DNA from: Auanema rhodensis
Taxonomy: Eukaryota; Animalia; Nematoda
Direction: 5' to 3'
NCBI GenBank assembly: GCA_964057225.1
Contig: OZ059896.1
Location: forward strand, 17,546,001-17,610,000
DNA length: 64,000 bases
How positions within the stretch are numbered: the first letter of the stretch is position 1; each line of letters begins with the position of its first letter. A program made the position numbers and the translations under genes. A model generated the notes under the pieces. The model was not told the origin of the DNA. It did no database searches and was given only the letters and a program-made list of their open reading frames with translations. Positions 39,383 through 49,436 of the stretch are shown piece by piece.

Positions 39383-39844
39383 ATGGAAGATATTGTCTCG
39401 AATATAATTGAGAATGCTTCCTTTGAGGAAGAGCTCAAAAAATATTCCCATCTACCTAACACTGCTGCCAATCTGAGGCAACTAATTGTGCTTGAAAAGA
39501 GGCTCTACGAGCACCTAGCTAGCGCGGTGAACCATCTATCCGAACGACTGGACAATATTCAACATTCGTTAAATCTGAAACTAGACAATTTGACCATTCA
39601 GACTGCTCCTAAAGCTTCATGTGTATTCTGCAATAAACCGACAGCTGATGGGCACCGTACTGCGGCCTGTCCGATTTATCCTTCCTCACCGGAACGCACT
39701 CTCCGTCTTCATGAACTGGGGTTATGCATCAGATGTTTGAATCAAAAACATCCAGCGATTTGCGAGGTATCCTGCTATAGATGTAAGGCGGATACGCATC
39801 ATGGAGTGGTTTGTGGTGATATAAAACGTAAAAGACCTTTGTAG
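39383..39844 (+). CDS. 153-aa 3' accessory ORF of element 1 (helical N-terminus, three Cys/His knuckles, KRKRP tail)
   Basis: Open frame between env and PPT; same length as, and about 80% identical to, the element-2 ORF. Confidence 0.82.
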   Translation: MEDIVSNIIENASFEEELKKYSHLPNTAANLRQLIVLEKRLYEHLASAVNHLSERLDNIQHSLNLKLDNLTIQTAPKASCVFCNKPTADGHRTAACPIYPSSPERTLRLHELGLCIRCLNQKHPAICEVSCYRCKADTHHGVVCGDIKRKRPL

Positions 39845-39939
39845 GCCTTCTTCTCATTCCCGCATTGCCGGGAGTGTCGCGATAAGCGAGTGAGTTTGTA
39901 TAAATTTTATCTTCAACAATTGTTTTATTTGTCTTTCCT

Positions 39940-39979
<40 letters not shown>

Positions 39980-40294
39980 CTTCTTTCTTGTAACTTCCTA
40001 AGTAATTTTTATCCATACCACATGTTGTGTTATACATGTGGCATGACTAACTCTTTGTTTCAGGCTGACGACCGCCCACGAGAAGAGATCAGACTTACAT
40101 TTTCAACGTTCGCAGTCAGTGATTTTATTCCGTGCTTGTCTTGTTAATTCATCAATAAACCCTTTTCTACATATTCAATTTGTGTTTTACTTCCAACCAT
40201 ACTATACACTTGTGGTAGATCGCCACAGCAATAGATAACAGAAAGTATTAACGATTTCTCCAGCGTGATTCGAAAGTACTCTGAAAGGTTTGTA

Positions 40295-40365
40295 GCATCG
40301 GTGGTTCAGTGGTAGAATGCTCGCCTGCCACGCGGGCGACCCGGGTTCGATTCCCGGCCGATGCA
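40295..40365 (+). tRNA. tRNA-Gly(GCC) copy 6
   Basis: Exact 71-mer. Confidence 0.95.
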
Positions 40366-40675
40366 ACTTTCTTTTGCTCTCAAGAACTCTGTGCTTTCTA
40401 AAAATGACTATTTTATTTTTTAAGCTTTTTTCTAGCAAACAATGCTTTGTGGGAACCCTAGGATACCATTTCAGAAATTTGAAAGAAGAAAGTGGCGTTT
40501 TGGATATTTTGTGCGTTCCTTCTGTATCGAAATGATGAATTTATGCATTTCATAGTGTTCAACAACTCGTTTCCATAAAAGTTACAACATTCTTTTCTGG
40601 ATAATCCAATATTCTATTGGCCGGGGAACGATTGATTTCTCCAGCGTGATTCGAAAGTACTCTGAAAGGTTTGTA

Positions 40676-40746
40676 GCATCGGTGGTTCAGTGGTAGAATG
40701 CTCGCCTGCCACGCGGGCGACCCGGGTTCGATTCCCGGCCGATGCA
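40676..40746 (+). tRNA. tRNA-Gly(GCC) copy 7
   Basis: Exact 71-mer, 381-bp period. Confidence 0.95.
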
Positions 40747-41056
40747 ACTTTCTTTTGCTCTCAAGAACTCTGTGCTTTCTAAAAATGACTATTTTATTTT
40801 TTAAGCTTTTTTCTAGCAAACAATGCTTTGTGGGAACCCTAGGATACCATTTCAGAAATTTGAAAGAAGAAAGTGGCGTTTTGGATATTTCGTGCGTTCC
40901 TTCTGTATCGAAATGATGAATTTATGCATTTCATAGTGTTCAACAACTCGTTTCCATAAAAGTTACAACATTCTTTTCTGGATAATCCAATATTCTATTG
41001 GCCGGGGAACGATTGATTTCTCCAGCGTGATTCGAAAGTACTCTGAAAGGTTTGTA

Positions 41057-41127
41057 GCATCGGTGGTTCAGTGGTAGAATGCTCGCCTGCCACGCGGGCG
41101 ACCCGGGTTCGATTCCCGGCCGATGCA
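41057..41127 (+). tRNA. tRNA-Gly(GCC) copy 8
   Basis: Exact 71-mer, 381-bp period. Confidence 0.95.
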
Positions 41128-41347
41128 ACTTTCTTTTGCTCTCAAGAACCCTGTGTTGTCTGAAAATGAATATTCTATTTTTTAAGCTTTGTTCTACATT
41201 TTCTTGCATTATCCAGAAAAGAATGTTTTTGATTTTCTTATTTGTAACTTTTCTGGAAACGAGATGTTGAACTCCATGAAATGTATAAATTCATCATTTC
41301 CATATCAAAACACAACTTTCTTCTTTCAAGTTTCTGAAATGGTATCC

Positions 41348-42563
41348 GGCGCTGGTATTGTTACGCCAACTGCCAGAAGTTTTACTATTTATTCACAATA
41401 CAAAGTTATTTTTCGAGAAAAAAGCAATTTCTTTTAAAATACAATCAATATATCACAATTCTTATTTCTTTGGCGATACAAAAACTCGCAGAAGTGAGAC
41501 TTAATAAAATGTTTGGGTACCCCTTAACCATGTTAGTGTTAGCCCCGGTCGTAGGATCTACAAAATTGTGACTATGGTTAAGAGTCAAGTGCTTATGCCC
41601 TAAGTTAGAGATATTATTATAGCTTCTCCAGCAATCCGATATAATGGTACTACCCTCTTCAATCAAATGTTTTATGCAGTTTTCAAGCATTTGAGCCCCC
41701 TTTTTTCTACAGTATGAAGAAAACATGCTTTTGTTTCTCTACATATCCCCCCGAATACCCAAATAGGACCTACTACTCTACTAACGTTGTACTTTCTTCT
41801 TGCAACAACGGTTTTTTCTACTTCAACGGTCAATCCTTGTCCTCCTATCTTCTCCGAACACTTCAGAAGCTTGAAGGTGCAGGCTTTTCTCATAAAATTA
41901 GTCCAGTCTGTGAATGTTGTCATGCTTCCAATTTTGAGTTCTTCCTGGCAACTTTTCCAAAATAACAATTCGTTTCCATAGAGATAGATAAACATAATCA
42001 TTTTAGAATATGTTAAATGAGAACCTAAAAGTAGTTTACAAGTTTTTTTGCTTTTATTTTCAACTACCTTCTAGGAAAGTCCCTTTTTTCAAGCTGATAT
42101 CTTTCATACTCTTATAACATCGGAATCTGTGTCCTTTAGAAGAAGCCATCAACTTCATAAAACGCAGCATTCCTTTTCAGTTGGTAAGATTTCATACGAT
42201 TGTAAGAAAGCTACTGCTGAACTCTCATCTTTTACATGTTCTGCTACAGTAAGGAAATTTATTGTTAATTTCATAATTATATCCATTAAACACTATTTTT
42301 ATCTTACTTACTTATTTCAAAAATATTTATTACTTTTTTGTTTCTCTACATATCCCCCCGAATACCCAAATAGGACCTACTACTCTACTAACGTTGTACT
42401 TCCTTCTAGCAACAACGGTTTCGTCTATTTCAACGGTCAATCCTGGTCCTCCTATCTTCTTCGAACATTTGAGAAGCTTGAAGATGCAGGCTTCTTTCAT
42501 GAAATTGGTCCAGTCTTTGAATGTTGTCTTGCTTCCAATTTTGAGTTCTTCCTGGCAACTTTT
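41348..42563 (-). mobile_element. Second Merlin/ISXO2-like family, degenerate, with partial internal duplication
   Basis: IGGQGLTVEVEKT, WVFGGICRETK, IISDCWRSY, NHSHNFVDPTTGANTN; terminus GGCGC at 41348. Confidence 0.82.
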
Positions 42564-42605
42564 CTAAGATTTTTTTTCCATTTTGTTTGAAACTAGCTGT
42601 TCAAA

Positions 42606-43322
42606 ATGGTTTTACTCAACTGCTTGGGGACGGATCTTTCAAATACCAGCCACCAAACATATACCATCATGGGCAGTTGCAGAAATGAAACAACTGTACC
42701 AGTTTGTTATTCCATTAAAAAAAATAAAACTAGGTTCACTTATAGAAGGCTTCTTCAACATGTTGCTCTTGCTCTCTCCAACGTTGGCTGCATAGTTGAA
42801 AACCTTATTTTTATCTGTGATTTTGAAATAGCTGTAATAAGGAAAGCTGAAACTATTTTTCACTCTGTTCAAGGATGTGCATTCCATTATGCTCAGAGCT
42901 TGAACAGACGGTTCCTCCAACTGGGTTTGACTCAAGCAGAGAAGCAATCCATTGAAATCAAACAATGGCATGGTAAGCTGTCGGGCTCGCTCTTTCAAAC
43001 CGAGCTAATATCAATATCCGGGTTACTTAATTCTCCCGTTTTTTCTGATTTTCCATCATATTCTTCTTGTCTTCAAATGATCAGTTATGTGAATGAAACA
43101 TGGATTGAAGGACCTTCGCGACATTATTGGAGTAAATGGAACATAAAACAATTTCGTGCATCTAATAATGTTGAATCTTTTCACCGTAATATGAAAAGTG
43201 TTTTATCTTACTTAGGAGAAAAAGAAAAAACGTCATTTAGAGACTACAACGGATTGAGGGGCAGTTTGAAAACTTCAAGAACATCTCCAATAACCGACTG
43301 CCTAATCAGGAGGAAGTGCTAG
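42606..43322 (+). pseudogene. MULE transposase catalytic core (longest open piece)
   Basis: TYTIMG, FICDFEIA, QGCAFHYAQ, RASNNVESFH; the first catalytic GDG lies in another frame. Confidence 0.85.
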
Positions 43323-43667
43323 CATATGTCGGGAGATGGCGGAGTTTGACACCTATAAATATTATTTTTGAGTCATTCAAATTGAAAAATTAAACTCTAA
43401 TAAATTTTTGGAATCATATCTTTTTTTAACACAAAAACTTCCTTGCCGTTTAGATTAAACACCTTGATTTTTCATGAATTTGTTTTTTATGGTCGGCTGC
43501 TCGGCTTGCTCTTTCTTCAAACTGAGCTAATATCAATGTCCGGGTTACTTAATTCTCCCGTCTTCTGATCATCATATCATAATAACAATAAAATTAGAAT
43601 ATATTATGGTACAAAACTGAATTATTATTGGTCATTGCATCTTCATCATCAATCATACTTCATCTAA

Positions 43668-44737
43668 ATGTTCGCTCTAAAAGAAAGACTTCGTACTGAA
43701 GCTGATGCCATTCAATTTCTGCAAGAGAACGGTGTAATCCTTCAAACTAAATAATGTGACCGATGTACACGACAAATGACTTTTTCTACTGCTCGAAATA
43801 AGTGGAGATGTAACAGAAGGGGCTGTAGAAGGGAAATTTTAATAAAAAATGGAACATTTCTTCAAGGTATAAAGTTAAAATCTATATATTATCAACACCA
43901 ATATTTTAGGTTCAAAAATTGGAAATACCAAGTTCATTCTTTTCGTATACTGCTGGAGCAAGAAATACACTACTGTTAAGTTCTGTCTAGATGAGTTAGG
44001 AATAGGCTTTTGCAAAACAGCCGTGGATAATAATAACTTCATGAGAGAAGTTTGCGCATTTAATATTTTAAAGCATCCTCTAATGATTGGAGGTCCTAAT
44101 TTGAATGTTGAAATCGATGAAACGTTAGTTTCTCGTGGGAAGTTTAATATAAGTAGGATAAGGCCAGCGCAATGATTGTTCGCAGGGGTATGTAAGGAAA
44201 CAAGAGATTGCTTTTTATTTGCCGTTTCTAATAGAAGTACAGAAACTTTAAACAGCTGTATTTTTAACTGTATCGAGCGCGAAAGCACCATAGTCAGTGA
44301 TTGCTGGAGATTGGGGGTATCGATAGTCTTTTACAAGATTATAGGCATTTAACAGTTAATCATAGGTATAACTTCACAGATCCCGAGACCTGAGCTAATA
44401 CCAATATAATTAAAGGTCTGTGGGGTTTAGCTGAAGCTAAATTCAATCGCATGCATGGGGTTCATCAAAATATGTTAAATGGTTACCTCTGTGAGTTTAT
44501 GTGGTGTACAAGAAATGCTAACAAAGACCTTTTTGAATGTATTTTTAATGATATTGTTGAATTTACCCAGGAAAAAATTCAAACTTGTTAATGTGTATAT
44601 AATAATATTAATAATGAATGTATATAAAATTTCTTCGTATCTCATATTATTTCACATTTTAGGAAAAGTATGCGCCAAACGGAAAAAGGGGCGGGGCTAA
44701 AACAGGGATGGCGGGATATAGAAACGGAAAAAGCGCC
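43668..44737 (+). mobile_element. Merlin/ISXO2-like element (same family as 18766-19689) with 3' terminus
   Basis: Close nucleotide match to 18766-19689; stops; ends ...AAAAGCGCC like 29463. Confidence 0.86.
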
Positions 44738-45065
44738 AATGAATATTTTATTTTTTAAGCTTTTTTCTAGCAAACAATTTCAGCTTTCCTTATTACAGCG
44801 ATTTCAGAATCACAGATAAAAATAAGGTTTTCAACTATGCAGCCAACGTTGGAGAGAGCAAGAGCAACATGTTGAAGAAGCCTTCTATAAGTGAACCTAG
44901 TTTTATTTTTTTAATGGAATAACAAACTGGTACAGTTGTTTCATTTCTGCAACTGCCCATGATGGTATATGTTTGCTGGCTGGTATTTGAAAGATCCGTC
45001 CCCAAGCAGTTGAGTGAAACCATTTTGAACAGCTAGTTTCAAACAAAATGGAAAAAAAATCTTAG

Positions 45066-46285
45066 AAAAGTTGCCAGGAAGAACTCAAAATTGGAAGCAA
45101 GACAACATTCAAAGACTGGACCAATTTCATGAAAGAAGCCTGCATCTTCAAGCTTCTCAAATGTTCGAAGAAGATAGGAGGACCAGGATTGACCGTTGAA
45201 ATAGACGAAACCGTTGTTGCTAGAAGGAAGTACAACGTTAGTAGAGTAGTAGGTCCTATTTGGGTATTCGGGGGGATATGTAGAGAAACAAAAAAGTAAT
45301 AAATATTTTTGAAATAAGTAAGTAAGATAAAAATAGTGTTTAATGGATATAATTATGAAATTAACAATAAATTTCCTTACTGTAGCAGAACATGTAAAAG
45401 ATGAGAGTTCAGCAGTAGCTTTCTTACAATCGTATGAAATCTTACCAACTGAAAAGGAATGCTGTGAACGTTTCATGAAGTTGATGGCTTCTTCTAAAAG
45501 ACACAGATTCCGATGTTATAAGAGTATGAAAGATATCAGCTTGAAAAAAGGGACTTTCCTAGAAGGTAGTTGAAAATAAAAGCAAAAAAACTTGTAAACT
45601 ACTTTTAGGTTCTCATTTAACATATTCTAAAATGATTATGTTTATCTATCTCTATGGAAACGAATTGTTATTTTGGAAAAGTTGCCAGGAAGAACTCAAA
45701 ATTGGAAGCATGACAACATTCACAGACTGGACTAATTTTATGAGAAAAGCCTGCACCTTCAAGCTTCTGAAGTGTTCGGAGAAGATAGGAGGACAAGGAT
45801 TGACCGTTGAAGTAGAAAAAACCGTTGTTGCAAGAAGAAAGTACAACGTTAGTAGAGTAGTAGGTCCTATTTGGGTATTCGGGGGGATATGTAGAGAAAC
45901 AAAAGCATGTTTTCTTCATACTGTAGAAAAAAGGGGGCTCAAATGCTTGAAAACTGCATAAAACATTTGATTGAAGAGGGTAGTACCATTATATCGGATT
46001 GCTGGAGAAGCTATAATAATATCTCTAACTTAGGGCATAAGCACTTGACTCTTAACCATAGTCACAATTTTGTAGATCCTACGACCGGGGCTAACACTAA
46101 CATGGTTAAGGGGTACCCAAACATTTTATTAAGTCTCACTTCTGCGAGTTTTTGTATCACCAAAGAAATAAGAATTGTGATATATTGATTGTATTTTAAA
46201 AGAAATTGCTTTTTTCTCGAAAAATAACTTTGTATTGTGAATAAATAGTAAAACTTCTGGCAGTTGGCGTAACAATACCAGCGCC
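45066..46285 (+). mobile_element. Second Merlin family, mirror copy
   Basis: Inverted duplicate of 41348-42563. Confidence 0.82.
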
Positions 46286-46505
46286 GGATACCATTTCAGA
46301 AACTTGAAAGAAGAAAGTTGTGTTTTGATATGGTAATGATGAATTTATACATTTCATGGAGTTCAACATCTCGTTTCCAGAAAAGTTACAAATAAGAAAA
46401 TCAAAAACATTCTTTTCTGGATAATGCAAGAAAATGTAGAACAAAGCTTAAAAAATAGAATATTCATTTTCAGATAACACAGGGTTCTTGAGAGCAAAAG
46501 AAAGT

Positions 46506-46576
46506 TGCATCGGCCGGGAATCGAACCCGGGTCGCCCGCGTGGCAGGCGAGCATTCTACCACTGAACCACCGATGC
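46506..46576 (-). tRNA. tRNA-Gly(GCC) copy 9
   Basis: Exact reverse complement of the 71-mer. Confidence 0.95.
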
Positions 46577-46886
46577 TACATACCTTTCAGAGTACTTTCG
46601 AATCACGCTGGAGAAATCAATCGTTCCCCGGCCAATAGAATATTGGATTATCCAGAAAAGAATGTTGTAACTTTTATGGAAACGAGTTGTTGAACACTAT
46701 GAAATGCATAAATTCATCATTTCGATACAGAAGGAACGCACGAAATATCCAAAACGCCACTTTCTTCTTTCAAATTTCTGAAATGGTATCCTAGGGTTCC
46801 CACAAAGCATTGTTTGCTAGAAAAAAGCTTAAAAAATAAAATAGTCATTTTTAGAAAGCACAGAGTTCTTGAGAGCAAAAGAAAGT

Positions 46887-46957
46887 TGCATCGGCCGGGA
46901 ATCGAACCCGGGTCGCCCGCGTGGCAGGCGAGCATTCTACCACTGAACCACCGATGC
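46887..46957 (-). tRNA. tRNA-Gly(GCC) copy 10
   Basis: Exact reverse complement of the 71-mer. Confidence 0.95.
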
Positions 46958-47231
46958 TACAAACCTTTCAGAGTACTTTCGAATCACGCTGGAGAAATCA
47001 ATCGTTCCCCGGCCAATAGAATATTGGATTATCCAGAAAAGAATGCGTTTTATTTTCTCAACTTTCATGGTAAACGAGATTTTGAACACCATGAAATGTA
47101 TAAATTCATCATTTCGATACAGAAGGAACGCACGAAATATCCAAAACGCAACTTCCTTTGTTAAAGTTTCTGAAACAGTATCCTATGGTTCCCACAAAGC
47201 ATGGTTTGCTGGAAAAAAGCTTGAAAAATAA

Positions 47232-47362
47232 AAGAAAGTTTCATCGAAAGTTGCATGCTCGCCATCTTTCCAGGCGACCCGGGTTCGATTCCCGGTTTTT
47301 CTTCTGGCCGATAAAAGATCGATTTCTCTACCGTGATTTGAACGTATCCTAAGAGTTTTGTA
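47232..47362. pseudogene. Scrambled tRNA-Gly/unit remnant at the right island border
   Basis: AAAGTTGCAT (minus 3' end) fused to plus-strand ATGCTCGCC...GGCGACCCGGGTTCGATTCCCGG and a decayed upstream flank ending GTTTTGTA. Confidence 0.75.
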
Positions 47363-47518
47363 AAGAAAACAATTATTCTATTAATCTCTTTTTCTCTTTC
47401 ATATTTTAAATGAACAAAAAAAAATAAAACTCGTTTATTATTCAGAAAACTTTACAGAAAAACCAAATTTTAAAAATCTGTAGTAAAAAAACATTTTTTG
47501 AAATCTAATTTAAGAAGC

Positions 47519-48876
47519 TTAAGGATTTACTTGTCTTATAGTCATGTTTATTCGACTACAATTAATGTAATCCTCTAAGACCTTGTCATCTTCAACAACA
47601 TAAGTTTTTTGCTTAACTATGCAAGGAATTGCATGATAAACAAGTCTTTGATCTCCGTACATTATCAATACATCTCCAGACCGTAGCCATATAGGAATCA
47701 CATCGTCATTTAAATCCAAACCTCCAGAAAGGTAAACTGCAGACTGGCCAAAAGATAGTGAAATTAATGGAGCATTAGAGCGCTCGGATCTACAGAAAAC
47801 ATTAAGTAAACTTATACATTTTAAAACAATTTACTTGTCTACATGAGGGGATAGTGCTGTTTTCGGGGGGTAATAATTAATGATAGTTGCATCAGGAACC
47901 ATCTTTTTCAGACCCATGGCCGTAGATATCACCTGAATGCTTTAATCATCAGCAATTTGAAATTCTTGTGACAAGAATTGATAGATGTTAATTTTAAAGT
48001 TGGACTCACTTCACCCATATCCTTCAATTCAGGAGGTAAAGAACGACCATCCGCAGGATATTCTTTAGTATTCCAATCGTATTCAATTCCCAATATAGTC
48101 CAGCGTAGTTTATTCCCAGCAGTTTTCAAAGCGTCTCTAAACATGATTGATTGGCTACTAACAACTCCTTTAAGTAATACGTCTGTGGACTAGTTCCATG
48201 TATTGTCATATTAGTTGTATGTGGAGGCTCAGCATATTTAAAAACTTTCTTTGTCCATTTCACTTGAGCTTCCTCTCTGCAAATGATACGTAACAACCTT
48301 CATCAAATCTAAGAAATATGTAAATAATGGAGACTGAACTCACTTCAGAATTCCAGGTAGGATAAAAAGTCCGTCTCTTCCTTTGAACGTTGCGACTTTC
48401 CATTCGTTGAATGGCTTTAAACCAAGAGCATCAGCTTTACTCTCTAAGTGTTCTAAACCACATGTAGCAAGAGGTGTATGATATAAATCCACATAACTTC
48501 CCGGAATATGGGGATCTGCATTTAAATTTAAGAAATTGTCTACTATTAAATAAATACCTATAACTTCAGATAAATTCGGCAGAGGTCGCTTTTTTTTATA
48601 CTTTTTGAAAATTTTCTTGAAGGTTGTCATAACAGAAGTAATATCCGAATCATCATAATGATCTCCACCATAAAATAGATAAAAATAATGTAAACATTTT
48701 GATAATATAAAGTTATATTAAAGGGTTCGGAAAAGGTCCCTTCTTGACAATAAGCTTACTTCATCACTGTTTTCAGCTTCACTGTCTGAGGCTTTCTTCT
48801 GAACGTTGGCGCTGTCGCTCATCATTAATCGCTTTGTATTTTCGCAATAGCTCGATTTTACCTCGTTCAAGTTCAT
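47519..48876 (-). CDS. ALKBH1: AlkB homolog 1 (2OG-Fe(II) dioxygenase), multi-exon
   Basis: KLRWTILGIEYDWNTKEY, IINYYPP..SPHVD, PLISLSFGQSAVYL, LRSGDVLIM..RLVYHAIP, RINMTIRQV; start after TTTTCAG is approximate. Confidence 0.9.
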
Positions 48877-49436
48877 TTTCGTATTCCTGAAAAACTTTCA
48901 TAATAGTTGAGAAAAAAATTATAATTGATTAATACAATTTCTTTTTTCAATAAGCTTACATACTTGCATAGGCTTCCAATAGTGCGAGACAACATTCGCT
49001 CCGATAATAACTCCAACAATTACGACAACACTTTTTTTTGCTGCTTCTTCAATAGGAATACGATAAGGCCACCAGCGAGGGTTAGACGACATTCAATTTT
49101 GACAATCTATGTAATTCCAAATGTAGAATGAGATAGAATGTCTCGAACAAACCAATAGTTCCTAATGAAATGCTGGCTTAATATCCGCAAGGAAAGTCTG
49201 AATATTCCAAAAATATATAAATGTTCCTTTCTGATGTAAATATAAGATAGAGATAACTAAGTGAGACTTTAAATAATTCAACAAACAAATTTATTCCTGA
49301 GTATGATTAATACAAGCAATGATTATGATATATTATTGGAGTTAAAAAGAAAAAAAGAAAAAGTCTTCAGTCTATATGAAAAGCATCAAACAATATTCAT
49401 CTGAAATGTACATTGAAATTATATATACAATAAAAG

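Larger units (their letters stand above)
30469..40227 (+). mobile_element. Intact, young BEL/Pao (Belpaoviridae-like) LTR retroelement with env, element 1
   Basis: LTRs 30469-30825 and 39875-40227 (TGT...ACA), the same by eye except (CT)17 vs (CT)15; 5-bp TSD GCAAT; PBS 30829-30840; PPT GCCGGGAG 39867-39874. Confidence 0.97.
40588..42852 (+). repeat. Left arm of inverted repeat 2 (pairs with 44778-47045)
   Basis: Mirror coordinates sum to 87633 (87630 near the inner end); few SNPs and a 4-bp indel. Confidence 0.95.
44778..47045 (-). repeat. Right arm of inverted repeat 2
   Basis: Reverse complement of 40588-42852; 1.9-kb spacer. Confidence 0.95.

Noticed and set aside
39867-39874. GCCGGGA before the 3' LTR as a third tRNA-complementary block
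   Set aside because: Only 7 nt, coincides with the PPT, and is not conserved in element 2 (GCGGGAAG)
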